Source: a virus. Taken from it: a stretch of DNA of 64,000 nt. The DNA lies in IMG/VR virus record IMGVR_UViG_3300032323_001387, positions 64,001 to 128,000 of that record, one strand, 5' to 3'. This document shows, piece after piece, positions 38,774-48,313 of the stretch (the stretch's first letter is position 1; the number at the start of each line of letters is the position of its first letter). The translations under genes and the position numbers were made by a program. The notes under the pieces were generated by a model that was not told the DNA's origin, did not search any database, and worked only from the letters and a program-made list of their open reading frames with translations.

Positions 38774-41700
38774 ATGCCATTAATTAAAGCCCGGTCAAGT
38801 TCTATTATGGACAACGTTGACCTACGTGGTCAACCAACGGCAGAAACGGCTCAACAATCGGTTAATACTAACCAATTAGCCAGTACTGCTTATGTTAGAA
38901 CAGCAGTTGCTGAATTAGTCGATTCTGCTCCAGGTTTGCTAGATACATTGAATGAACTAGCTGCCGCGATTGCAGATGATGCAAATTTTGCAACAACCGT
39001 TGCAAATAGTATTGCTACAAAAGTACCATTAGATGGTAGCGTAGCAATGACAGGTGAACTGACATTGTCAGGTACACCGACACAAAATTTAAGTGCAACA
39101 ACAAAACAGTACGTCGACGATTTAGTTGACAGTCAGATGATCTACAGCACAGATGATGTTGCTGAAGGTACAACTAACTTATATTACACAGCTACTCGTG
39201 TAAAAAATGCAATTAGTTTAACTAGTGACAACACTACTGTATTAGACTATGATAGTGCAAGTGGTCAATTTACATACAATCACCCAACAAGTGATGGTGT
39301 TCTAGAAGGCGCAACAAACTTATATTTCACAACAGCTCGTGCTCGTAACAGCATTAGCATGAACAGTGATGATGGTACTATCATTTCTTATAGTAGCAGC
39401 ACTGGTGAAATTACATTCACAACCCCAGATACAGACAAGATCGTCGAAGGCGCAACAAACTTATATTTCACAACAGCTCGTGCTCGTAATTCAATCAGCA
39501 ATGGCGCAAACATTGACTATGATGCAAGCAGTGGTATTGTTAGTACACAAGCTGCGGTTTGGAGTGTTAACGGTCAAGAACACACAGTTGTTTTAGATAC
39601 AGACGACATTAGCGAAGGTAGTGCAAACTTATACTTTACGAATGCTCGCGCTCGTAGTGCAGTAAGTTTAACAACTGATAACAGCAATATTTTAAGTTAT
39701 AACTCTGGTACAGGTACTTTAACATTTACAACACCTAGTACAGACGCTATTTCTGAAGGCAGCGTAAACTTATATTACACTGATACTCGTGTACGTGCTG
39801 CAATCAGCGCCAGCGGTGATATCAGCTACAACCAAGCTACAGGTAACTTTAGCTATTCAACACCAACTACAGACGGTGTTAACGAAGGATCTAGCAATTT
39901 GTATTTTACAAATGCAAGAGCCCGCAATTCAGTAAGTTTAACATCTGACAACAGCTCAGTTTTAAGTTATGACAATTCTACTGGTGAATTTACATTCACT
40001 TTAGGTAACCAAACTACTGATGATGTACAAGAAGGTACAAATAACTTGTATTATTTGGACGGTCGTGCTCGCGCAGCTATTAGCCTAAGCAGTAACTGGG
40101 GTAATGTCAGCTACGACAATACAAGTGGTGTTATCACTGTTAGTGCGCCTAGTACAGATGACGTAACAGAAGGTACAAACTTGTATCACACAACAGCCCG
40201 CGCTCGAGGTGCAGTAAGTGCTACAGATGCTGGCGGTGACGGCAGTTTCAGCTATGACAGCGCAACTGGTGTATTCACTTATACTGGTCCAAGTGATAGC
40301 GAAGTACGTGCTCACCTAAGCGCAGTTGATGCTGGCGGTGACGGCAGTTTCAGCTATGACAGCGCAACTGGTGTATTCACTTATACTGGTCCAACTGCTA
40401 CTGAAGTTCGTGCTCATTTGAGTGCTACAAGTGCTTCTGGTGCTCAGTATGACAGCAACACTGGTGTTATTAGCTTGTCTAATATTCCAAATAGCAGCCT
40501 AACAAACGATAGCGTAACAGTTAACGGCGCTACAGTGGCATTAGGTGGTAGCACAAGCTTTGACACTGACAGTGTAAATGAAGGTGCAACAAATCAGTAC
40601 TTTACACAGACACGTGCTCGTAATTCTATCAGCTTAACAAGTGACAACACTAGCGTTCTGGATTATGACAGTATCACTGGTGAATTCACATTCAGTCTAG
40701 GTAACCAAACTACTGACGACGTTGCAGAAGGCGCAACAAACTTATACTTTACAGACACTCGTGCCCGTAATGCAGTAAGCGCAGTAGACGCAGGCGGCGA
40801 TGGTAGCTTCAGCTATGACGCAGCAACTGGTACATTCACTTATACTGGCCCAAGTGCAGCAGAAGTACGTGCACACCTAAGCGCAACAAGCGCATCTGGT
40901 GTAACATACAACAGCTCTACTGGCGTAATTGCTCTTGCAAGTATTCCAAATAGCAGCTTGACAAACAGCGAAATCACATTGAACGGTACAACCGTTTCTC
41001 TTGGTGGTAGCAACAGCTTTACTACAGACGCTGTTAATGAAGGTACAACTAACCAATACTACACATCAACTCGCGTTCGTAATGAACTAAGCGCAGACGA
41101 TGTTGAAGGCGTTGGTGCATTCAGCTATAACAGCAACACTGGCGAGTTTTCTTTTGACGCAAGTGCAGTAGTTGCAACAGTTAACGGCCAAAGCGGTTAT
41201 GTAACTTTAGATACAGATGACATCAACGAAGGTTCTGGTAACCTATACTACACAACAGCCCGCACTCGTGCAGACGTTAGTGGTGGTACAGGTGTAACAT
41301 ACACACAGTCAACTGGTGTATTTGCAATCGGTCAAGCAGTTGGTACATCCGACGACGTTACATTCAACGATGTAACAGTTAGTGGTGATTTAACAGTTAA
41401 CGGTACATTGACAACAATCAACAGTACTGATTTAACAGTTACAGATAAGAACATCACTATTGCCGATGGCGCAGCAAACGCAGCCGCAGCAAACGGTGCT
41501 GGTATTACAGTAGATGGTGCTAATGCAACTATCACCTATGCTAGTGCAACAGACAGCTGGGATTTCAACAAAGATGTAAGCATCACTGGTGGTTTAACAC
41601 TAACAGAAGATCTAACAGCTCCTACATTCATTGGTGATCTAACAGGTGACGTAACTGGTACAGTAAGTGACATCAGCAACCACAATACTGATGCTCTAAC

Positions 41701-43900
41701 AGAAGGTTCTACAAACTTATACTTCACAGACACTCGTGCTCGTAACGCAGTAAGTCTAACAAGTGACAAGACTAGTGTATTGAGCTACAATGCAAGCACA
41801 GGCGCATTTACATTTGCTATCGCAAATGCATCTACTAGTGATATTGCAGAAGGCACAAACCTATACTACACTGACACTCGCGCTCGCGCAGCAGTAAGTG
41901 TTTCTGACAATGGTGGCGATGGTAGCCTAAGCTATGACAGCGCAACTGGTGTAATCACATACACAGGCCCAAGTGCTAGCGAAGTTCGTGCACATTTGAG
42001 CGCAACAAGCGCATCTGGTGTAACATACAGCAGCTCTACTGGTGTAATTGCTCTTGCAAGTATTCCAAATAGCAGCTTGACAAACAGTTCTGTTACAGTT
42101 AATGGTGCAACAGTAAGTTTGGGCGGCAGCACAAGTTTCGATACTGACAGTGTAACTGAAGGTGCTGGCAACTTGTACTTCACAGATGCTCGAGCAGCAG
42201 CAGCTATTAGCTTGACAACAAGCGATAGTTCTGTATTGGACTACAACAGTTCAACTGGTGAGTTTACATTCAGCTTAACAGGTATCGACACAGATGAAGT
42301 TACAGAAGGCGCAACCAACTTGTACTTCACTACTGCTCGTGCTCGTAACAGCGTAAGCGCAGTAGACGCAGGTGGCGATGGTAGCTTCAGCTATGATTCA
42401 GCAACTGGTGCATTCACATACACTGGCCCAAGTGCAGCAGAAGTACGTGCACACCTAAGCGTAACAGATTTGGGTGGCGATGGTGCTTTATCTTATGACA
42501 GCGCAACTGGTGTAATCACTTATACTGGTCCAAGTGCTAGCGAAGTTCGTGCTCACCTAAGTGCTACAAGTGCTTCTGGTGTAACATATGACAATGCAAC
42601 TGGTGTAATTGCTCTTGCAAGTATTCCAAATAGCAGCTTAACTAATGATAGTATCACTATCAACGGCACAACCGTTGCATTGGGTGCATCTAACAGTTTC
42701 GATACTGGCAGTGTTACTGAAGGTACAAACTTGTACTATACAGACACTCGAGTTCGTAACGCAGTTAGCTTGGTAACAAGCGACAGCACTGTATTCGACT
42801 ACGATCCAGCTACTGGTGTATTCACTTACAGCGCAACTGGTTTGGACACAGACGAAGTTGCAGAAGGTACTACAAACCTATACTTTACACAAGCTCGCGC
42901 TCGTGACAGTATCAGCACAAACGGCTGGCAAATCAGTTACGACAACGCCACTGGTGTAATTAGTATAGCTACTCCAGATACAGATGACGTATCTGAAGGT
43001 ACAACTAACCAGTATTTCACATTAGCCCGTGCACGTACAGCAGTCAGCTTAACAACTGATAACACTGATGCAATGAGCTATGACAATACAACTGGTATTT
43101 TCACGTTCACATTAAACAGTGTTGATACAGATGAGATCGCAGAAGGTGCTACAAGTTTATACTTCACAACAGCTCGTGCTCGTAATAGTGTAAACAACGG
43201 TGCAAATATCGATTATGATAGCAGCACTGGTACAATCAGCACACAAGCTGCGGTTTGGAGCGTAAATGGTCAAGAACACGCCGTTGTTCTAGATACAGAT
43301 GACATCAGCGAAGGTAGCACAAACCTATACTTCACAGATGCTCGTGCAAGAAGTGCTATCACTCTAACTACAGATGACAGCAACATTCTAAGCTACAATA
43401 CAGGTACAGGTGCTCTAACATTCGTTACACCTACAACTGACAGTATCGAAGAAGGTGCAGTAAATCTATACTACACTGACACTCGTGCAGACGGTCGTAT
43501 TGCAGCAGCAAGTATCCGTGACCTATCCGATGTAGATGCAGATGATGCACTACAAGACGGTTATACGCTAGTTTGGAGTAGTGTACGCGGCGAATTCGTT
43601 CCACAGAACATCGCTGTAACAGCTACTACATTAAACTTTACTGGTGACGGTACAACAACTAGCTTCAGCACTGGTGTTGAAGTTTCAAGCATTGATAATA
43701 CTCAAGTGTTTATCAACGGTTTGATTCAAGCGCCAACATACTCTTATACATTAAGTACAACAAGTAATGTAACAAGTATTGTGTTTGACACAGCTCCAGA
43801 AGCCAACGATTATATCTTCGTTCGTGTAAGCTCTACTAGCACATTGACTGCTGGTGGTATTCTAAACGAAAATAGTAACGTCGACGGCGGTACGTTCTAA
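38774..43900 (+). CDS. Large repetitive fibre protein (1708 aa)
   Basis: N-terminal fibre anchor (LVDSAP..LDTLNELAAAI); many TDxxxEGxxNLY(F/Y)TxxRAR repeats; Ser/Thr-rich. Confidence 0.8.
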   Translation: MPLIKARSSSIMDNVDLRGQPTAETAQQSVNTNQLASTAYVRTAVAELVDSAPGLLDTLNELAAAIADDANFATTVANSIATKVPLDGSVAMTGELTLSGTPTQNLSATTKQYVDDLVDSQMIYSTDDVAEGTTNLYYTATRVKNAISLTSDNTTVLDYDSASGQFTYNHPTSDGVLEGATNLYFTTARARNSISMNSDDGTIISYSSSTGEITFTTPDTDKIVEGATNLYFTTARARNSISNGANIDYDASSGIVSTQAAVWSVNGQEHTVVLDTDDISEGSANLYFTNARARSAVSLTTDNSNILSYNSGTGTLTFTTPSTDAISEGSVNLYYTDTRVRAAISASGDISYNQATGNFSYSTPTTDGVNEGSSNLYFTNARARNSVSLTSDNSSVLSYDNSTGEFTFTLGNQTTDDVQEGTNNLYYLDGRARAAISLSSNWGNVSYDNTSGVITVSAPSTDDVTEGTNLYHTTARARGAVSATDAGGDGSFSYDSATGVFTYTGPSDSEVRAHLSAVDAGGDGSFSYDSATGVFTYTGPTATEVRAHLSATSASGAQYDSNTGVISLSNIPNSSLTNDSVTVNGATVALGGSTSFDTDSVNEGATNQYFTQTRARNSISLTSDNTSVLDYDSITGEFTFSLGNQTTDDVAEGATNLYFTDTRARNAVSAVDAGGDGSFSYDAATGTFTYTGPSAAEVRAHLSATSASGVTYNSSTGVIALASIPNSSLTNSEITLNGTTVSLGGSNSFTTDAVNEGTTNQYYTSTRVRNELSADDVEGVGAFSYNSNTGEFSFDASAVVATVNGQSGYVTLDTDDINEGSGNLYYTTARTRADVSGGTGVTYTQSTGVFAIGQAVGTSDDVTFNDVTVSGDLTVNGTLTTINSTDLTVTDKNITIADGAANAAAANGAGITVDGANATITYASATDSWDFNKDVSITGGLTLTEDLTAPTFIGDLTGDVTGTVSDISNHNTDALTEGSTNLYFTDTRARNAVSLTSDKTSVLSYNASTGAFTFAIANASTSDIAEGTNLYYTDTRARAAVSVSDNGGDGSLSYDSATGVITYTGPSASEVRAHLSATSASGVTYSSSTGVIALASIPNSSLTNSSVTVNGATVSLGGSTSFDTDSVTEGAGNLYFTDARAAAAISLTTSDSSVLDYNSSTGEFTFSLTGIDTDEVTEGATNLYFTTARARNSVSAVDAGGDGSFSYDSATGAFTYTGPSAAEVRAHLSVTDLGGDGALSYDSATGVITYTGPSASEVRAHLSATSASGVTYDNATGVIALASIPNSSLTNDSITINGTTVALGASNSFDTGSVTEGTNLYYTDTRVRNAVSLVTSDSTVFDYDPATGVFTYSATGLDTDEVAEGTTNLYFTQARARDSISTNGWQISYDNATGVISIATPDTDDVSEGTTNQYFTLARARTAVSLTTDNTDAMSYDNTTGIFTFTLNSVDTDEIAEGATSLYFTTARARNSVNNGANIDYDSSTGTISTQAAVWSVNGQEHAVVLDTDDISEGSTNLYFTDARARSAITLTTDDSNILSYNTGTGALTFVTPTTDSIEEGAVNLYYTDTRADGRIAAASIRDLSDVDADDALQDGYTLVWSSVRGEFVPQNIAVTATTLNFTGDGTTTSFSTGVEVSSIDNTQVFINGLIQAPTYSYTLSTTSNVTSIVFDTAPEANDYIFVRVSSTSTLTAGGILNENSNVDGGTF
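40226..40394 (+). repeat. Two identical 67 nt copies at 102 nt period inside the fibre gene
   Basis: GATGCTGGCGGTGACGGCAGTTTCAGCTATGACAGCGCAACTGGTGTATTCACTTATACTGGTCCAA at 40226-40292 and 40328-40394. Confidence 0.85.
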
Positions 43901-43920
43901 TTAGAAATAATTAGTACATA

Positions 43921-43946
43921 AAAAGGGCTCTTCGGAGCCCTTTTTT
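43921..43946 (+). terminator. Intrinsic terminator, UUCG loop
   Basis: AAAAGGGCTC-TTCG-GAGCCCTTTTTT. Confidence 0.9.
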
Positions 43947-43994
43947 AACGATCTTTGAATTTGTATAAATATAAATATATTATTACACACCATC

Positions 43995-44495
43995 ATGCCA
44001 ATTTTCCGAGGTAAAAATTTTGTTAGCGCAGTATCCGACTATAAAGATAGTGTTCGCCTAGCCACACGATCTAATATAAATGTTAGCGCAAATATCTTTA
44101 CAGTAGATGGGGTATCGTTATCAGACAAAGATAGAGTATTATTAGCCGGGCAAATTGCACAAAATCAAAATGGCATATATTCATGGTCCGTTTCTACAAG
44201 TAAATTAACAAGAGCAACTGATGCAGATAGTATTTTTGAACTAAGCAGCGGCAATAAAGTATATGTAGAAGAAGGAAATACACTGGGCAAAAGTTCTTGG
44301 ACATTAGTAACACCCGGGGTAATTACTCCTGGTATTACAGCATTAGTTTTTGCTAAAGAAAGCAGAATTAATACCACAGATGTAAGTGGAAACTACGGCG
44401 GCCCCGGAAAAACATTAGAGATATCAGTAGACGAGACGGGCGAAATCAATTCTATCACTGAAGTAGATATTGATATCGACGGCGGCAACTTCTAA
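43995..44495 (+). CDS. Tail-fibre-domain protein (166 aa)
   Basis: DYKDSVRLAT...VDGVSL...DRVLLAGQ...QNGIY...TRATDAD module common in phage fibres; ends IDGGNF. Confidence 0.7.
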   Translation: MPIFRGKNFVSAVSDYKDSVRLATRSNINVSANIFTVDGVSLSDKDRVLLAGQIAQNQNGIYSWSVSTSKLTRATDADSIFELSSGNKVYVEEGNTLGKSSWTLVTPGVITPGITALVFAKESRINTTDVSGNYGGPGKTLEISVDETGEINSITEVDIDIDGGNF

Positions 44496-44594
44496 TTTAA
44501 CACCTGTTTCTTACACATAGTACTTTGTTTTGGCTAAATACTAGACGAATAGTAGAAATCGAACGTTCTATAATTTCAAGGGGTATATACTCAA

Positions 44595-47420
44595 ATGGCC
44601 AATACAATTATTTTAAAGCGTAGTGCAACACCTGGCAAGGTACCAACGACAGGGCAGTTGGCATTAGGCGAAATCGCAATTAACACCTACGACGGTTTAT
44701 TATACATCAAAAAAGATGACGGAACAGCCAGTGTTGTTCAAATCGGTGGTGTAACCAGTGTTAACGGCGAAACCGGTGCAGTAACAATCGACACAGGCGA
44801 CGTTGCTGAAAACGGTAATCTTTATTTTACAAATGCTCGCGCACGTAGCGCGATCAGTGCAGGTTCCGGTATCACTTATAACAGTAGTACTGGTGCAATC
44901 AGCACAACACAGACATTAACAACAGCAGGTACACCTACTTTTGCAGGTCTAACTTTAACTGGTGGTATCAGCAGCATTGCTGGTGACATCATTCCTAGCG
45001 CAGACATTACTTATGATCTAGGTAGTCCAACAAGACAGTGGAAAGATATCTACGTTGGTCCAGGTTCTTTGTACGTTAACGGAAGTAAAGTTCTAGAAGA
45101 CAATTCTGGTACTATTACATTCACAGCCGACGTTGATCAAAACATTCGCATCAACGCAGTTGGCGCAGGTGTATTACAATTAGGTTCTAGTACAACAAAC
45201 GTTAACATCGACGGCACACTACAAATCGCTAGCGGTAAGAACATTACTGACAGCTCTGGTATCAAAGTTAACTTCGGTGATAACATCGAAATGAACGGTA
45301 ACAAAGTTATCGGTCTTGGTGCTCCAAGTTCTGCAAACGATGCAGCTACAAAGACTTATGTTGATACAGCAATTGGTAATATTAGCACAAACAGTATCAC
45401 ACAAGGTAACAGTAACGTTCAAGTTGTTGATACAGGTACTGGTACTGTTACAGTTACAGTTGACGGCAGCACAGCATTGACAGTAACCGCTAGCGGTGTT
45501 GTTATCGCAGGTAACATGACAGTTAACGGTACAACAACAAGCGTTAACTCAAATACAATCAGCTTGGCAGACAACATCATCACATTGAACAGTGATGCAA
45601 CTGGTGCTCCAACACAAAACGCTGGTATTGAAGTTGAACGTGGTGACGAAGCCAACGTGCAAATTCGTTGGAACGAAGGCACACAACGTTGGACATTTAC
45701 CAACGATGGCGCAGTTTATCACCCAATCGTAGTTAATACAGACGGTTTAACAGAAGGTTCAACAAACCTATATCATACAACAGCTCGTGCTCGTGGCGCT
45801 ATTAGTGCTAGCAGCGCAACAGGTGTAAGTTACAACAGTTCTACCGGTGCAATCAGCTTAGGTTCTATTCCTAACAGCAGTTTGACAAACAACAGCATTA
45901 CTATCAACGGTACAAGCGTAGCACTTGGTGGTACACGTACTTTGGATACAGATGCAATCAGTGAAGGTTCTACAAACCAATATTTCACTACAGCTCGTGC
46001 ACGTAGCAGTGTAAGTGCCGGTACAGGTATCAGCTACAACAGTACAACTGGTGCGATCAGTACAAGTGCTATTCCAAACGCAAGTTTGGCAAACAGCAGC
46101 GTTACAGTTGGTACAACAGCAATCGCATTGGGTGCAAGTGCTACTACACTGGGCGGATTGACAAGTGTTACATCTACTAGCTTCACTGGTGCTTTAACTG
46201 GTAACGCTGATACTGCTACAAGTGCAGGTAAGTGGACAACAGCACGTACAATTTCGTTGGGCGGTGACTTAACAGGTAGCGTGAGTTTCGACGGTAGCGC
46301 AAACGCAACTTTAACTGCCACAGTGGCAGCTAACAGCGTTGCATTAGGTACAGACACAACTGGTAACTATATGGTTGACCTAACTGCTGGCACAGGCATC
46401 ACAGTTACTCATACACCAGGCGAAGGTTCTAACGCAACTGTAGCAGTTGACACAACTACAATCGCTACAAGAGCATACGTTGATAGTTCTGTTCAGGCTA
46501 AAGATAACACAGACGAGATCACTGAAGGTACAACAAACTTGTACTTCACTAATGCTCGCGCACGTGGTGCAGTTAGCTTTACAGCAGGCTCTGGTGCATA
46601 CAACAGCACAACAGGTGTTATCACAATTCCTACAAACACTAACCAATTGACTAACGGTGCAAACTTTGCAACGACCAGTTATGTTGATAGTGCAGTAGCA
46701 GGTAAAGACAACACAGACGAAATCACAGAAGGTAGTACAAACTTGTATTTCACTAATGCTCGCGCACGTGGTGCAGTAAGTGTTACTGATGCAGGCGGCG
46801 ACGGTAGTCTAAGTTACAATAGTACAACTGGTGTTATTACTTACACTGGTCCAAGTGCTAGCGAAGTACGTGCTCACTTCAGTGCAAGTACCGGTATAAC
46901 AATTACTAACGGTGCTATTGCAACAACAATTACTCAGTACACAGATGCATTGGCACGTGGTGCAGTAAGTGCAGGTACCGGTATTTCTTACAACAGCACA
47001 ACTGGTGTAATTACTAACAGCTTATCTACAAGCGGTGGTTCAATCGGCGGCGCTATTGCAGTTAGCGGTGCAATTACAGCTACTGGTGAAATTACAGCTT
47101 ACTTCTCTGACTTACGTTTGAAGACAAACATTGTTCCAATCGAAGATGCACTAGACAAAGTCGAAGCAATCAACGGTGTTACATTTGATCCAAACGACGC
47201 TGCTCTAGCATTAGGTATTGATGATCGTCACCAGATGGGTGTTATTGCTCAAGAAGTCGAAGCAGTTGCTCCTGAATTGGTATGTGACAGTGCATTTGCT
47301 GGTTACAAAACAGTTCGTTATGACAAGCTAACAGCATTGTTGATCGAAGCAGTTAAAGAATTAAGTGCTAAAGTGAAGACACTGGAAGCACAGTTGGGTA
47401 ACACAAAGCCAACATTATAA
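44595..47420 (+). CDS. Tail fibre / receptor-binding protein with Mtd-N-like N-terminus and C-terminal intramolecular chaperone (peptidase S74)
   Basis: MANTIILKRS..PGKVP...LALGEIAINTYDGLLY; AYFSDLRLKTNI...GVIAQEVEAVAPELV...VRYDKLTALLIEAVKEL. Confidence 0.88.
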   Translation: MANTIILKRSATPGKVPTTGQLALGEIAINTYDGLLYIKKDDGTASVVQIGGVTSVNGETGAVTIDTGDVAENGNLYFTNARARSAISAGSGITYNSSTGAISTTQTLTTAGTPTFAGLTLTGGISSIAGDIIPSADITYDLGSPTRQWKDIYVGPGSLYVNGSKVLEDNSGTITFTADVDQNIRINAVGAGVLQLGSSTTNVNIDGTLQIASGKNITDSSGIKVNFGDNIEMNGNKVIGLGAPSSANDAATKTYVDTAIGNISTNSITQGNSNVQVVDTGTGTVTVTVDGSTALTVTASGVVIAGNMTVNGTTTSVNSNTISLADNIITLNSDATGAPTQNAGIEVERGDEANVQIRWNEGTQRWTFTNDGAVYHPIVVNTDGLTEGSTNLYHTTARARGAISASSATGVSYNSSTGAISLGSIPNSSLTNNSITINGTSVALGGTRTLDTDAISEGSTNQYFTTARARSSVSAGTGISYNSTTGAISTSAIPNASLANSSVTVGTTAIALGASATTLGGLTSVTSTSFTGALTGNADTATSAGKWTTARTISLGGDLTGSVSFDGSANATLTATVAANSVALGTDTTGNYMVDLTAGTGITVTHTPGEGSNATVAVDTTTIATRAYVDSSVQAKDNTDEITEGTTNLYFTNARARGAVSFTAGSGAYNSTTGVITIPTNTNQLTNGANFATTSYVDSAVAGKDNTDEITEGSTNLYFTNARARGAVSVTDAGGDGSLSYNSTTGVITYTGPSASEVRAHFSASTGITITNGAIATTITQYTDALARGAVSAGTGISYNSTTGVITNSLSTSGGSIGGAIAVSGAITATGEITAYFSDLRLKTNIVPIEDALDKVEAINGVTFDPNDAALALGIDDRHQMGVIAQEVEAVAPELVCDSAFAGYKTVRYDKLTALLIEAVKELSAKVKTLEAQLGNTKPTL

Positions 47421-47429
47421 TTTCCGGAA

Positions 47430-47457
47430 ATTAAATGGGACTACGGTCCCATTTAAT
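47430..47457 (+). terminator. Stable hairpin with cUACGg tetraloop (terminator or processing/stability element)
   Basis: ATTAAATGGGAC-TACG-GTCCCATTTAAT, 12 bp stem. Confidence 0.7.
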
Positions 47458-47485
47458 AGGATAAATAAACGAATAGGAGATTATA

Positions 47486-47680
47486 ATGGCAGTTTTACCA
47501 GCAACAGGTTCTGAAATTGTTATGGGTCGTGTTAGACAATCATATAATAACGTAGCCCCAGGTGCCGGCCAAAATATTTCATTAGGTGGTACACTTGGTG
47601 GATTTTTAGGACAATCAGCAGGAACTCAAATTAGCTTGAGTTCTAGATTCGGCGGCAGATTAACACCGTTCAACTACTAA
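47486..47680 (+). CDS. Small Gly-rich structural protein (64 aa)
   Basis: ATAAATA promoter and AGGAG RBS upstream. Confidence 0.7.
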   Translation: MAVLPATGSEIVMGRVRQSYNNVAPGAGQNISLGGTLGGFLGQSAGTQISLSSRFGGRLTPFNY

Positions 47681-47696
47681 TCTTAAGATAGAGAAC

Positions 47697-47728
47697 TATA
47701 AATACCTCAGTAACCCTGAGGTATTTTT
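47697..47728 (+). promoter_or_regulatory. Late promoter TATAAATA overlapping an RBS-sequestering hairpin
   Basis: AAATACCTCAG-TAACC-CTGAGGTATTT; the GAGGT RBS is in the 3' arm. Confidence 0.75.
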
Positions 47729-48313
47729 ATGGCTAAACAAAAAACGGTACAACATGAAAAAGATGAAGTATTAGAGCAATTATTTGCACTATGTCCTTTC
47801 AACTCGACGAGTGAGTTTGAAAGACAAAACTTTATTGAATTAACAGGCGTAGCTCGCGCTCGTTATATAGTTTCTGTAATTAACAGAATTAGAAAAATCG
47901 ACAGCGATTTAGAACTAGAGCAACGTACATTTGAACAAAATTGTTTGTTAGAAGAACGTGCGTACTTGGTTAAATTTATTAAAAATGAACCACAGAATGA
48001 ACTTCAATCTATACTTACAAATTGGCAAATTACTGAAGAAGAGTATTGGATTGACTACCTAGGAAAAATTGCCGCTATAGAATTATTGACAATAGGCAAG
48101 CCTAGTTTAGAAACCATGACAAAAATGGTTAAACTTCCAGAAAGTGCTTATATTAAAGCTACACAAATCTGTGTTAAGTTAGCAAACGCAATCAAAGAAG
48201 CTACTGTAATGGCAGAACAAGAAATTGGTATTGATACAAATAACACTGCGGATGTTACAGATCCATCGGCGCCTTCTCAACCTAAGAAATTAAAACTTAA
48301 AAAAATTAAATGA
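47729..48313 (+). CDS. Hypothetical protein (194 aa)
   Basis: ORF track; coupled to the glycosyltransferase gene. Confidence 0.7.
   Translation: MAKQKTVQHEKDEVLEQLFALCPFNSTSEFERQNFIELTGVARARYIVSVINRIRKIDSDLELEQRTFEQNCLLEERAYLVKFIKNEPQNELQSILTNWQITEEEYWIDYLGKIAAIELLTIGKPSLETMTKMVKLPESAYIKATQICVKLANAIKEATVMAEQEIGIDTNNTADVTDPSAPSQPKKLKLKKIK

Noticed and set aside
38774-43900. CRISPR-like array from regularly spaced repeats
   Set aside because: Repeats are in-frame, vary at synonymous positions and encode protein modules.
44595-47420. Diversity-generating retroelement suggested by the Mtd-N-like N-terminus
   Set aside because: No reverse transcriptase in the window, no adenine-specific TR/VR pair seen, and the C-terminus is an S74 chaperone.
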